DNA of 64,000 nucleotides from an uncultured delta proteobacterium (GTDB taxonomy: Bacteria; Desulfobacterota; Binatia; UBA9968): assembly GCA_963755715.1 (NCBI GenBank), contig CAVWLW010000006.1, positions 1 through 64,000 of the forward strand, in the 5' to 3' direction. Shown here piece by piece: positions 43,801 through 54,382 of this stretch. Made by a program: the position numbers and the translations under genes. The notes beneath the pieces are model-generated. The model searched no databases, was not told the origin of the DNA, and was given only the letters and a program-made list of their open reading frames with translations. The number at the start of each line of letters is the position of its first letter. Position 1 is the first letter of the stretch.

Positions 43801-44750
43801 CAGAGTGTCACCGCAAAATCGAGTATTGCAGATCGATCCGGAACTATCTGAGTATTCAACTCGCTTTTCTCAGTCTTTACTCCCGCCATTCGCGCCAGCG
43901 CTTCGAACAAAATGGCAAAATCTTTTTCCGCCAGTCCCATGCCGCGCGCGGTCGTGAGCATTTCATTGGTAATCGCCGTGGACGGCAGCGGGACGTCGAG
44001 CTGGCGGCCCATTTCCAGCGCGAGAAGCAGGTCTTTTTGCATCATATTGACATCGAACCAGGCTTCATCGGGCATGTTGAGAACGAACGGCCCACGGTAT
44101 TTCACCATCGGCGAGGCAATCACGCTATTGAGCAAGACTTCGACTGCCGTTGCGCGCGCGATACCGCTCTTTTGCGCCAGCAGCACTCCCTCGCTAAAGG
44201 CTAGCATTTGCACGGCGAGGCTCAAGTTGGTTGCGATCTTCATCGAAACGGCAAGGCCATTGGCGCCGACGTGAGTCACCTTGGGACCGATCGCTTGCAG
44301 GATCGGCAGCGCGCGTTCGAACGTCTGAGGATCGCCGCCGACCATGATGGATAGCTTGCCTTCTTCGAGAGTGATGACGCTGCCGGATACCGGCGCATCG
44401 AGCATCTGCGCGCCCTTGGCTTCGACTTGCCGGGCAATTTCGCGGCTTGCCGCCGGGCTCACCGTGCTCATATCGATGTAAATCTTCCCTGGGGCGAGAC
44501 CGGCTAAAATCCCGTTCGGACCGCTGGTGATCGTCTGGAGCGCCTCGGTGTTTGTGACCATTGAGAAAATAATCTCGGCCGCCATCGCGACGCTGTGCGG
44601 CGATTCGCCCCACTGCATGCCGGCGTCCAACAAACCCTGCGCCTTGGACTTAGTGCGGTTATATCCGATCACCGAATGGCCCGCCGCCAGGAGACGCTGC
44701 GCCATCCGGCTGCCCATGACACCGAGACCAACAAAACCTAGATTTGCCGT
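43800..44750 (-). CDS. Beta-hydroxyacid dehydrogenase (3-hydroxyisobutyrate/tartronate semialdehyde reductase family)
   Basis: ANLGFVGLGVMG Rossmann motif upstream of the tracked ORF, DMSTVSP, LDAPVSG, catalytic KIATN. Confidence 0.9.
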   Translation of the reverse strand, partial: TANLGFVGLGVMGSRMAQRLLAAGHSVIGYNRTKSKAQGLLDAGMQWGESPHSVAMAAEIIFSMVTNTEALQTITSGPNGILAGLAPGKIYIDMSTVSPAASREIARQVEAKGAQMLDAPVSGSVITLEEGKLSIMVGGDPQTFERALPILQAIGPKVTHVGANGLAVSMKIATNLSLAVQMLAFSEGVLLAQKSGIARATAVEVLLNSVIASPMVKYRGPFVLNMPDEAWFDVNMMQKDLLLALEMGRQLDVPLPSTAITNEMLTTARGMGLAEKDFAILFEALARMAGVKTEKSELNTQIVPDRSAILDFAVTL

Positions 44751-44874
44751 AAAGCCTCCCCTAGAAGTAAATCGTATAGCTGATGTCGAGATCTTTTTGT
44801 ATAGCGATTTTTAGAGGCGGGGGCTAGGCCGATCTTGGCTGCGCTGCGCAAGTTCGGCGCGGAGAAGCAGCGTC

Positions 44875-47346
44875 TTAGAGCTCGCGATGCCGACCGATTT
44901 CGATCTCGTCGTTTACCGCTAATCGATCGAGAACTTCCGCCAAGGTTTCATACTTGGCCGGCTTGGTGAGATGGGCGTCAAAGCCGGCTTCCTTGGTGCG
45001 CTGACGATCCAACTGATGGCCCCAACCGGAAAGCGCGATCAAAAAAATCCGCTTCCCCCAGGGTTGTTCGCGGATTAGACGCGCGACGTCGTAGCCGTTG
45101 AGTTTCGGCATCGCAAGGTCAAGTACTGCCACGTCCGGTTGAAATTCAGCGGCGGCTTCGACGGCTTCGATGCCGTTTTGCGCGATCTGTACTTCGTTGC
45201 CGTCTTGTCGCAACAGCCGCGCGAGGATCTCAGCCGATTGGGGAAAATCATCGGCAACGAGGATGCGGCGGCGGGGCCGGCTCACCGCGCCGTTGCCATG
45301 AGCCGGTTCGTAACGATCGGCAATCGAGTGTTCAGGAAGCGCGCGCAAATGGACGATGAATTCGCTGCCGCGATTGACGCCGTCGCTGCGCACTTCGACA
45401 TGGCCGTCGTGCATTTCGACCAATCGATGAACCAGCGTGAGACCGAGACCAAGCCCGCCTTCGGCGCGCGTGAACGAGCGGTCGACTTGATAAAACAATT
45501 CAAACAAATGGGGCAAATTTTCAGCGGCAACTCCAATGCCTGTGTCTTTAACGCGGACGACGACCGTATCGCCCGCCTGTTCGACGTTTAACCAGATGTG
45601 TCCGTTGTTGGGCGTGTACTTCGCGGCGTTGTTCAATAAGTTCATGAAGACCTGGGTGAGCCTGACGCGGTCAGCTTCCACGTAGATGGACTGCTGCGAC
45701 ATCGCGATCGCAAGCTCGTGTTGCCGCTGGTCGATCAGCGGGCGGCTCGATTCCACCGCCGCCCGGATTACGTCACCCAGGTTCACCGGCTCTTTTTGCA
45801 AAATGAGCTTGTCGCGCGTAATTCGGCTCACGTCGAATAGATCATCCGTCAACCGGGTAAGATAATTGACTTGTCTCTCGATGATGTCCTGTCCCCAGTG
45901 CGGATCGGGTTCGGGTGAGCCCGGGGTATTTTGTAGCGTGCTGACATTACGGATCAGCGACAACGGATTGCGCAGCTCGTGGGCCAAGGTTGCCAGGAAC
46001 TCGTCTTTGCGCCGATCGGCGTCGCGCAGCGCGGCATCGCTCTCGCGTAGCGTCATATCCAGGCGCAATTTTTCGACGGCCAGCCACGTGCGTTCAGCGA
46101 CGATATTGGCCAGGGTAATTTCTCGTTCGCTCCATTCGTGCGCCTCGCTGGTGGCGACGACCAGTGCCGAAACCAGGCTGCCATCGCGCAGCAGCGGGCT
46201 TAAAACCAGGCTGCGGGCCCCGTGTTTTTGGTAGGCTTTGCTGTCTTGCGCCGTGCGCTCGTCGCTGTGGATATCGGCAATCGCGATGATCTGACCTGAG
46301 CTGGCCGCCGCCTCGATAACGCCTGAGCTGAACGCGGTCAGCGGGTAAGAGCCGACTAACGACGGCACATGAGGATGGTAGTCGCGCTGGACGGTAAGCT
46401 GGTCACGGTCCGTATCGATCTCCACAAAACCACACCGGCTCGCTTTCAAGTGTTCGCCGAGGGAAACGGCGACCGCCCACAACAATTCGTCGGCGTCGGC
46501 TGCGAAGCGAATCCCTTCGCCGAGATCGAGCAAAAACAGCGTGTCCGCTTCCGCTTGCTTACGCCGCGTCACGTCTCTGACCGCGACGTTTACCCCAAGC
46601 AACTCGCCGGCGTCGTTGTGCACCGGGTAATAACTGCACAGCCAGTGGCTCGGTTCTTTTCGACGAATGGGATGAGTGCCTTGAACCTCTTCGTCAACGA
46701 CGGGCTGACCCGTTTCAATGACGCGGCGGTAATGAGCTTCGACGGCATCGGCGAGCTCCGGCATCGCCTCGCGGACGGTTTTGCCGATGAAATAGTCGGG
46801 CGACTTTCCGCTCAATTCCGCCAGCGCGTTGTTGATCGAGACGTAACGCAGGTCGCGATCGACAAAACACAAACCGACCGGCGCCGAGGCGTAAATCGTA
46901 TTTAATTGGGCCAGCCGTTCGTTGGCCACTCGTTCATTCACGCGCATCACTTCTTGAGCGTGGCGATGGCGCAAAACCAGGATCGTTACGATCCAAATCA
47001 TAGCGATCGCCAAGATGTGGTTGAAAAGGTAAACCCAATGGGGCACGCCGACTAAGAGCGACGATAAAAAATAGTCGACGATCATCAGCAGGGTGCAGGT
47101 TGCCGCCGCCCAGATTTTTTCGCGGCTATCAGGCAAGCCGATGACGAGAAGCAGGCCGGCGGCGTAGTAGACCGGCAGCGCGAGATCGTCCGGAGTCGAT
47201 ACATCAATCGAAAAGATGGCGAACAGCAGCAAAAGTACCAACAACCACAACAGCGATCGGGAGGTGGCCAAAGGGGCGCGTTCCGGCTTTACCGGAGTGC
47301 CAAAATCGGTGCTTGAAAATGAGGATTCCGTAATCTCTTTTGTCAT
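44875..47346 (-). CDS. Hybrid sensor histidine kinase (TM-PAS-GAF-HisKA-HATPase-REC)
   Basis: KDEFLATLAHELRNPL, NLLNNAAKY, DTGIG, GLGLGL, receiver LVADD...LDLAMP...KP. Confidence 0.95.
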   Translation of the reverse strand: MTKEITESSFSSTDFGTPVKPERAPLATSRSLLWLLVLLLLFAIFSIDVSTPDDLALPVYYAAGLLLVIGLPDSREKIWAAATCTLLMIVDYFLSSLLVGVPHWVYLFNHILAIAMIWIVTILVLRHRHAQEVMRVNERVANERLAQLNTIYASAPVGLCFVDRDLRYVSINNALAELSGKSPDYFIGKTVREAMPELADAVEAHYRRVIETGQPVVDEEVQGTHPIRRKEPSHWLCSYYPVHNDAGELLGVNVAVRDVTRRKQAEADTLFLLDLGEGIRFAADADELLWAVAVSLGEHLKASRCGFVEIDTDRDQLTVQRDYHPHVPSLVGSYPLTAFSSGVIEAAASSGQIIAIADIHSDERTAQDSKAYQKHGARSLVLSPLLRDGSLVSALVVATSEAHEWSEREITLANIVAERTWLAVEKLRLDMTLRESDAALRDADRRKDEFLATLAHELRNPLSLIRNVSTLQNTPGSPEPDPHWGQDIIERQVNYLTRLTDDLFDVSRITRDKLILQKEPVNLGDVIRAAVESSRPLIDQRQHELAIAMSQQSIYVEADRVRLTQVFMNLLNNAAKYTPNNGHIWLNVEQAGDTVVVRVKDTGIGVAAENLPHLFELFYQVDRSFTRAEGGLGLGLTLVHRLVEMHDGHVEVRSDGVNRGSEFIVHLRALPEHSIADRYEPAHGNGAVSRPRRRILVADDFPQSAEILARLLRQDGNEVQIAQNGIEAVEAAAEFQPDVAVLDLAMPKLNGYDVARLIREQPWGKRIFLIALSGWGHQLDRQRTKEAGFDAHLTKPAKYETLAEVLDRLAVNDEIEIGRHREL

Positions 47347-47595
47347 TTGTCTCCAAGCGGATGGTTGGTGCCAAGATCAAACGCAAGTGTATCAAACCCG
47401 CTCATGGCCGTACAGGGGAAAACGATCCACCTAGGATCTCGTCCGTCAAAACGATTCGCTGTAGGAGCAGAACCAGTCCATCTCGGTGCACCGACCGAGA
47501 AAACTTGGCGGTGAGGCTAGCCGAGGTCGTTACTCCTTGACAACCCATGCTGCGCCATTGATAGATGGCAACAGAAATATCAAAAGGAGATCTGC

Positions 47596-49194
47596 ATGGC
47601 AGGCAATAGCGCGTATTACAAAGATTTTCGCGAACATTTAAATGCGCTTGAGAAGCGCGGCAAATTGGTTCGCATCAGCCGCGATATCAATAAGGACACT
47701 GAACTGATGCCGCTGGTGCGCTGGCAATTTCGCGGTTTGGACGAGCGCGAGCGCAAGGCGTTTATTTTTGAGAATGTCATCGATTCGAAAGGGCGCCGCT
47801 ACAACATGCCGGTGACGGTGGGCACTTTGGCCGCGACCACAGAAATTTACGCCATCGGCTTGATGTGCGAGCCGGATCAGATCCATGAGCGCTGGACCCA
47901 AGCGCAGCTCCAGCCGATCGAACCTGTGGAAGTCGCAAGCGCGCCGGTACAGGAAGTAGTGTGGCAGGGACGGGATTTGCTGAACGGCCACGGCCTCGAC
48001 ATGATCCCCGTGCCGATTTCCACGCCGGGGTTCGACAACGCGCCCTATCTCACGTCCGCCAACTGGATCACCAAGGACATCGAAACCGGCATCTACAACA
48101 TCGGCAACTATCGCAGCCAGATCAAAGCGCCCGATCGCGCCGGCGGTTTTTTCGTCTCCCAGCACATGGGCCAGCACTGGCGCAAATGCAAAGCCAAGGG
48201 CAAGCGGCTCGAGGCCTGCATCGCCATCGGCGTGGTGCCGAGTATCGCTTATTCGGCGACGGCAAAGATTCCCTACGACTTTGACGAATATCGTCTGGCC
48301 GGCGGTCTCGCCGGCGCGCCCATGGAGCTGGTTCAGGCGAAAACGGTTGATCTGCTCGTGCCGGCGACGGCGGAAATCATCATCGAAGGGACCATTCCCA
48401 CCGACGTCATCGAACCCGAAGGGCCGTTCGGCGAATATCCCGGCTACATGGGCCACCGCTCGGTTTCGCCCTTTCTCGAAGTGAGCTGCATCACGCACCG
48501 GCGCGACGCCATTTATACGGCGCTGATGAGCCAGTTTCCGCCCAGCGAGTCGAGCAAGATCAAGCACACCGGCACGGAAAAAATTATTTACAAATTCCTG
48601 CGCCACGACAGCGGCAACGCCGCCGTGCTCGACGTCGCGCTGCACGATGAAGTGAGCGGCAGCGGGCAGGCCTACTGCGTGATAAAAATGCGCCACGGCA
48701 GCAAAGTCGACGCTTGGCGCGCGCTCAACGCTTCCGCGGGTTTCACCGGCGCCTACGGCAAGGTTTGCGTCGCGGTCGACGAAGACGTGGACATTCGCGA
48801 TCCGGCGATGATCAACTGGGCGATCTGTTACAACATGAGACCCGACGAAGACGTAATCATCGCCAAGGGCAAACCGCCGGGACTCGATCCTTCGACTTAT
48901 CCGCCAGGCCGGGAAAGCGAAGACAAGCGGCCCACCTGGACCTCGTCGCTCCTGATCAACGCCGTGCGGCCGTGGCCGTACACTCCGGTATCGCTGCCGA
49001 AAAAAGAATTCATGGAGCGCTCCAGAAAAATCTGGGAGGAACTCGAGCTGCCGCCGCTGAAACCGCGCATGCCATGGTACGGCTACAGTCTCGGCGTGTG
49101 GACCGACGAAGATGAAAACGAGGCCGGCATCGCGGCCAAGAGCGACTATTTCGAAACCGGCAAAAAGCAGACCGGACTGAGGAAGAAGACCTAG
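47596..49194 (+). CDS. UbiD-family decarboxylase
   Basis: DFREHL, NIGNYR, EGPFGEYPGY, VAVDEDVD. Confidence 0.92.
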   Translation: MAGNSAYYKDFREHLNALEKRGKLVRISRDINKDTELMPLVRWQFRGLDERERKAFIFENVIDSKGRRYNMPVTVGTLAATTEIYAIGLMCEPDQIHERWTQAQLQPIEPVEVASAPVQEVVWQGRDLLNGHGLDMIPVPISTPGFDNAPYLTSANWITKDIETGIYNIGNYRSQIKAPDRAGGFFVSQHMGQHWRKCKAKGKRLEACIAIGVVPSIAYSATAKIPYDFDEYRLAGGLAGAPMELVQAKTVDLLVPATAEIIIEGTIPTDVIEPEGPFGEYPGYMGHRSVSPFLEVSCITHRRDAIYTALMSQFPPSESSKIKHTGTEKIIYKFLRHDSGNAAVLDVALHDEVSGSGQAYCVIKMRHGSKVDAWRALNASAGFTGAYGKVCVAVDEDVDIRDPAMINWAICYNMRPDEDVIIAKGKPPGLDPSTYPPGRESEDKRPTWTSSLLINAVRPWPYTPVSLPKKEFMERSRKIWEELELPPLKPRMPWYGYSLGVWTDEDENEAGIAAKSDYFETGKKQTGLRKKT

Positions 49195-49233
49195 CTGATC
49201 TAAGCCGTCAACGAGATCTCATCATTGTGATTT

Positions 49234-49686
49234 TTAGAAAAGCGCCGGAATCCAGCGTTTGACGGACGCCAAGTATTGTTCATACGGTTGGCCCAAACGC
49301 TGAACCAATTTCCGCTCGTCGCGGCAAACGCGGAGGTGAAACCAAACCGCCACGGCGATCGTGATAAGCGCGGCGAGCCAGGATCGCAACGTTAGCGTCA
49401 GACCGCTCAAAAATATGATATGGCCGAGATACATGGGATTGCGGCTGTAGGCGTACGGCCCGGTGTTGACGAGGCGATCGGGCGGTGTTTCCAGCCCAGG
49501 TCCGCCGCCGCCATGTTTAATCCGGTAGCGGCCGCAGAGACGATACTGCAAATAACCCCAGACGAGCAGCGGAGAAAACCAAAGGTTGGGCGCGAAATTT
49601 CCGCCGTGGAGAAGTAACTCCCATAACAGCGCCAAGAGCGGATAAACGATGAAAGTTCTAATCGGCGTGCGGCTTAAAAAACGCAT
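49234..49686 (-). CDS. Isoprenylcysteine carboxyl/phospholipid methyltransferase family membrane protein
   Basis: LVNTGPYAYSRNPMYLG, ERKL...Y..Y...VKRWIP. Confidence 0.85.
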   Translation of the reverse strand: MRFLSRTPIRTFIVYPLLALLWELLLHGGNFAPNLWFSPLLVWGYLQYRLCGRYRIKHGGGGPGLETPPDRLVNTGPYAYSRNPMYLGHIIFLSGLTLTLRSWLAALITIAVAVWFHLRVCRDERKLVQRLGQPYEQYLASVKRWIPALF

Positions 49687-49789
49687 GATTTTTGATCTCG
49701 TGAAACTTGTTGCCAATGTTCATACGGTGCCCACCGTCATCCCTCCACTTGACTAATACATCTTCAGATTAGCGCAGCCCAGGTTAAAA

Positions 49790-50542
49790 ATGGCATTCGA
49801 CCTCACCTATCTAGTCGTCGGCATCGCTCTGCTCCTCGCCGCGTTCGTCAAGGGCGTCACCGGGCTCGGGTTTCCGCTGATCGCGACGCCCACGGTCGCG
49901 CTGCTTTTGGATATCCGCACCGCGGTGACCGTATTGATCTTGCCCAACCTGTTCATGGATTCGGCGCAGGTGATCCGCGACGGTTTGCCTTACGAGATCT
50001 TCCGGCGCTTTAAAGCGTTTATCGCGCCGACCATCGTCGGCGTTTTCCTGGGAACTCTGGTGCTGGTCAAGACACCGTTGTGGATCCTCAATCTTTTTCT
50101 CGGCGTGATGGTGCTGATCTTCGTGATTTCGAACCTGCTCAAACTCGATTTCACCGTGTCGCCGCAACAGGAGAAATTTCTTTCGCCGCTATTTGGCTTT
50201 CTCAGCGGTTTTCTAAACGGCGTGACCAATGCCGCCGGGCCGGCGTTGGCGATCTATTTTTACAGCCTCAAGTTGGAAAAGCGTGCCTTCGTGAAATCGA
50301 TGGCGACGATCTTTGTCACCACTAAACTCACGCAGTTGGTGGCGATCTCGACATGGAATTTGTTCAACTGGTATACCTTGAAACTATCCGTGCTCGTAAT
50401 CTTGTTTACCCTTGTCGGTTTTTATGCCGGCATCAAAGCGCAAGACCGGATCGATCAAAAAAACTTTAATCGCGGCTTGCTGGCGCTGTTGGCTTTCGTC
50501 GGCGTGATTTTGATCATCCGTGCCGTTACGCAAGATGCCTGA
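49790..50542 (+). CDS. TauE/SafE family membrane protein
   Basis: AAFVKGVTGLGF; ~8 TM helices in two repeats (GFLNGVTNAAGP). Confidence 0.85.
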   Translation: MAFDLTYLVVGIALLLAAFVKGVTGLGFPLIATPTVALLLDIRTAVTVLILPNLFMDSAQVIRDGLPYEIFRRFKAFIAPTIVGVFLGTLVLVKTPLWILNLFLGVMVLIFVISNLLKLDFTVSPQQEKFLSPLFGFLSGFLNGVTNAAGPALAIYFYSLKLEKRAFVKSMATIFVTTKLTQLVAISTWNLFNWYTLKLSVLVILFTLVGFYAGIKAQDRIDQKNFNRGLLALLAFVGVILIIRAVTQDA

Positions 50543-50545
50543 TGA

Positions 50546-51655
50546 CTAAACGTTTGGCCAGACATTATGGGCGGTGTTTACCACTAGCTCGAGTTTTCGC
50601 CTTTGCTCATGCGGAGCAATGCGGTTGCCAATGATAGACGAAGCAAAACCGCATTGAGGACTCAGACCCAGTCGGTCTTTGGAAATATACCGACTCGCTT
50701 CGACAATTCGTCGTGACAATAATTCGTCGGCTTCGAGATCCGCTTTCTTCGTCGTCACCAGTCCTAAGACGACGAATTTGTCATCCGGGACATCCTGCAA
50801 GGGTTCGAAGGAACCGGATCGAGCGTCGTCATACTCCAGTAGCAATCGCTGGGCATTAACGCGACGAAACAAACCGCGGCTGATCGCTTCGTAGCCACCT
50901 TTGGACAGCCACCGACTGCCCTGGTTACCACGTCAAACGTGAAACCCGAACGTAACATCGTGAAAGCCCGTCATCACAGCATTATCCAGCTCGATACCAA
51001 AGGAAAGCCACTTGTCGAAGCTCCAGCCGAGCCCTTCGTAGAAACTGCGAGTACTGGGATCGAGTAATAAGCCGTAATGCGGGGCGTCGATCTGAATATA
51101 GGTCGCGCCGAGGCGGACAAGCTCGGTAACTTCCTCGCGCAGAATCGCGACAATGTCATTCAGGAAATCATCGAGCGTCGGATAGGCATCTCGGGAATAC
51201 TTCGGCGACCAGAAGTTCGCCCACAAGCCGGGACTCGGAAGCGTTATCTTGGGAATTCGATTCGTTTTGTTCTGCAGGTAAGAAAATTCATCCGCCGAGA
51301 GAGAACGAAGACGCTTGAGCTTCGCGATCGCGCCGAGGCGACGGGGTCGGCGTTTCTTCTGCACGCCCTGCTCGTCATACCACTCTCCCCAAAGAAAAGC
51401 GTCGAGGTCAAACTCGCCAAGCCCAGCGACCGCCGCGGTCATTTGGCTCTGAAATGACTGGCGACGCATCTCGCCATCGGTGACGATCTCCAGACCGACG
51501 CTCTCTTGCAGCGAGACAGCTTCATCGACGGCGCCGTCTTCTATTTCTTTGAATTGTGTCGCAGTGATCGTTCCGATCGCAAGGTCTTTCTGCGCTGCGA
51601 GTAGGCTTGCCGGTCGAAGCAAGCTACCGATCACATCGGCATGAGCGGTGATCAC
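50546..51655 (-). CDS. Cobalamin-independent methionine synthase II family; frameshifts at ~50880-50940
   Basis: ADVIGSLLRP, TDGEMRR, IQIDAP, LLEYD, LGLVTTK, LSPQCGFAS. Confidence 0.88.
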
Positions 51656-51723
51656 GATTTTACGCAGGCCAACAAGAAGCTCCGGGTCAATCGGCGCGCG
51701 TGCAACCCGAAGTGAGTAAATTG

Positions 51724-52446
51724 TTACAGTGCCGGCGCGTACAAGTTATCCGGCAAACTGCGGATGTAGTCGATGGTTTCTTTGAGCGAGATCACGTCGG
51801 CGTATTTCATCGCCATGTCGAACAAGTTGATCTTGTGCGACGCTTGGCCGCGGTCGAAAACGCATTCTTCGACCACGGAAACTTTCATATTATACGAAAA
51901 TGCGTCGATGACACTGGCGCGCACGCAGCCGCTGGTGGTGGTGCCGGTGACGATCAGGCTGTCGGCATGGACTTCGTTCAGCATGCTCATGAGCGGCGTG
52001 CCGAAAAAAGCGCTGGGCTTTTGTTTGTGTACGACAATATCACCCGCCTGGGGCGCGATCTCTTGGACAATTTGATTGGCTTTCTCCCATTGCGCGGTCA
52101 TGTCTTCCGTGGTTCGGTTGCTCTTGGCCGCCCAACCGCCAACCAACACCGTGCTGTTGGCGCGATTCTCCTCGGCGGTGGTATAAAACGTCGGCAAATG
52201 TTTTTTACGCGCTTCGGTGAGCAACTCGCGGATGTGATAAACCCCGTCCCATCCTTCCTCGCCGCAACTCGTGCGGAAACGTTTGACCGACTCGAGAATC
52301 GGCTCGGGCCTGTCGCCGGTAAAATTGTAATTGACATCGATGATCAGCAGCGCCGGGCGCTGACCGAAACCGGCTTTCTTGCCAAACCCTGAGAGCGCAA
52401 AGACCTCTTTATCGCGTGAAGTGAGAATATCGTCCCAGCTCGACAT
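51724..52446 (-). CDS. Isochorismatase-family cysteine hydrolase (N-carbamoylsarcosine amidase/maleamate amidase-like)
   Basis: RPALLIIDV, KQKPSAFFGT, TTTSGCVRAS. Confidence 0.9.
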   Translation of the reverse strand: MSSWDDILTSRDKEVFALSGFGKKAGFGQRPALLIIDVNYNFTGDRPEPILESVKRFRTSCGEEGWDGVYHIRELLTEARKKHLPTFYTTAEENRANSTVLVGGWAAKSNRTTEDMTAQWEKANQIVQEIAPQAGDIVVHKQKPSAFFGTPLMSMLNEVHADSLIVTGTTTSGCVRASVIDAFSYNMKVSVVEECVFDRGQASHKINLFDMAMKYADVISLKETIDYIRSLPDNLYAPAL

Positions 52447-52567
52447 ACGCTGCTCCTTTGTTTGGTTTGTACTTCCGGATGTTCATAACAAACCGCCGAC
52501 GATGTCAAGACGATGGTTGCGCTTACTGCATTGACGCTGGTTCGGTCAATACTCTATAAACGACAAC

Positions 52568-53125
52568 ATGCGTACAAAAATTTTTCGCGCGAAGGTTTTT
52601 TTCGGTGCCGTTCTGATGATCGCAAACGGGTGCGGCTCATCCGTTGCGGTCTGGACGGATGGCGAAGTACCGTTTGTCCGCTCAACGCCGGAGGTCATCG
52701 ATCGCATGCTCGACCTGGCGCGGGTGAAACCGAGCGATCTTCTTTATGATATTGGCAGCGGCGACGGCGCGATCGTTATCCGGGCCGCGAAGAAGTACGG
52801 CGTAAAGGGCGTCGGTATCGAAATCGATCAGGGCCTGGTAGCGAAAGCACGCGACAATGCGTTTCGGGAAAATGTCCAGGATCTTGTGGAATTTCGCGCC
52901 CAGGATGCATTCACGGTCGATGTGTCGGCGGCGACGGTGGTGACGCTGTATATGCTACCGGATTTCAATGCCAAGCTCCGGCCGATGCTCGATCGCCAGC
53001 TAAAACCCGGCACCCGAGTGGTCTCCCACGATTTCGACATTCCCGGCTGGGTACCCGATAAGGTGGAAACGGTAAAGGGCGACTTTATCCACGATCATAA
53101 AGTATTGCTGTTCGAGATCCGCTAA
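52568..53125 (+). CDS. Class I SAM-dependent methyltransferase
   Basis: VPFV, YDIGSGDG, GIEID, LKPGTRVVSHDF. Confidence 0.9.
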   Translation: MRTKIFRAKVFFGAVLMIANGCGSSVAVWTDGEVPFVRSTPEVIDRMLDLARVKPSDLLYDIGSGDGAIVIRAAKKYGVKGVGIEIDQGLVAKARDNAFRENVQDLVEFRAQDAFTVDVSAATVVTLYMLPDFNAKLRPMLDRQLKPGTRVVSHDFDIPGWVPDKVETVKGDFIHDHKVLLFEIR

Positions 53126-53138
53126 AAAGCGGGTGCAA

Positions 53139-54284
53139 TCAAAATCCCGCTAACTTATAAAAGCGCGCCGGATTGGTTTCCAAAATTTTTGTTTTGGCGG
53201 CCTCGCTGATATCTTTTCTTTCGCGCAATGTCTTTTCCGCGAAACGCTCCCGGTCGCCGTGCGGCATATCGGAGCCGAACAAAATTTGTCCGTCGCCCAC
53301 CAACTCGATAACTTGCGGCAAGAGTACGTCTTCGATTTCCGCGCTGAAATAAAGATTGCCCTTTTTGATGTATTCCATCGGCTCGATTTTCTGGATCGGC
53401 GCGGTGCGCGAGACGACATTGACGAGATTTTTCCCCGAGTGCTGAAAGCGGTGATGCAGTCTTTCGAGGATGAAATGCACCCATAAACAGCCGGCTTCGA
53501 GATAGACCACGCGCAGGCTCGGGAAGCGATCGAATATGCCGCCGCTCATCATCGACACCAAACCCATGAGCACCGGCATGGAAAACGCGATGACGCCGGA
53601 AGGGTAAATGTGTGTGTACAAATTATTAATCGACGGGCAAGCCCAGCCGACGTGAACCGCGAGGGGTAAGTCCGCTTCCGTCACCGCTTCGTAAAGCGGT
53701 AGCAGGCTCGGATCGTCGAGCAAACGATCTCCGGCGGTGCCTAAAATCATCATGCCCACCGCGCCCAATTTCTTCGCTTCTTTCACTTGACGCACGGCCG
53801 CCGGGACGTCGATCGAGATTGACCACGCCCACCCACTTGAGCCGCTCCTGACCCGATAGAACATCGCCGAGCCAACGATTGTAAGCGTCGCACATGGCGG
53901 TCACGTAGTCCGGATTGCAGCTCAGCGGATAGGCGAGAAAGAGCGTCGGATACAGAACCTGGAGCCAGATGTTTTCTTCGTCCATGATCTGCAATCGCTC
54001 TTTTAGGTTCGTGAGCTCCATGCTGCCGAGAGTGTCGGGCTTGCGCTGCGCGTGGCGCACCGGTTTACCTTGATAGCTGGTCGGTGTGCCGAGATTGTTG
54101 CAGCCGCGGCCGACGCGGCGCGGGAAAAGCTGCTCGTCGATCATCCAATAGGCAAGACCGTCTTCCGTGCCGGGGACCACTTGGGGGCGTTGTGCGCGGA
54201 AGGCAGGAGCAAAATATTGATCACTGAAGGTTATTGGATTTTCTTCGACATGACCGTCGGCATCGATAACGCGCACTTTGGCAT
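53139..54284 (-). CDS. Amidohydrolase_2 family protein; indels near 54280 and 53820
   Basis: VIDADGH, VLYPT, LAVHV, YLEAG, FGSDMPH. Confidence 0.88.
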
Positions 54285-54382
54285 CCTCCGTTCAAATGAG
54301 CTGGTTCGATTGTTACAAGCTTCGTAACGGCGATTCAACCGGGAGGTTGGCGCAAAAAGATTTGGCAGAGGTCGGAGTCCCT

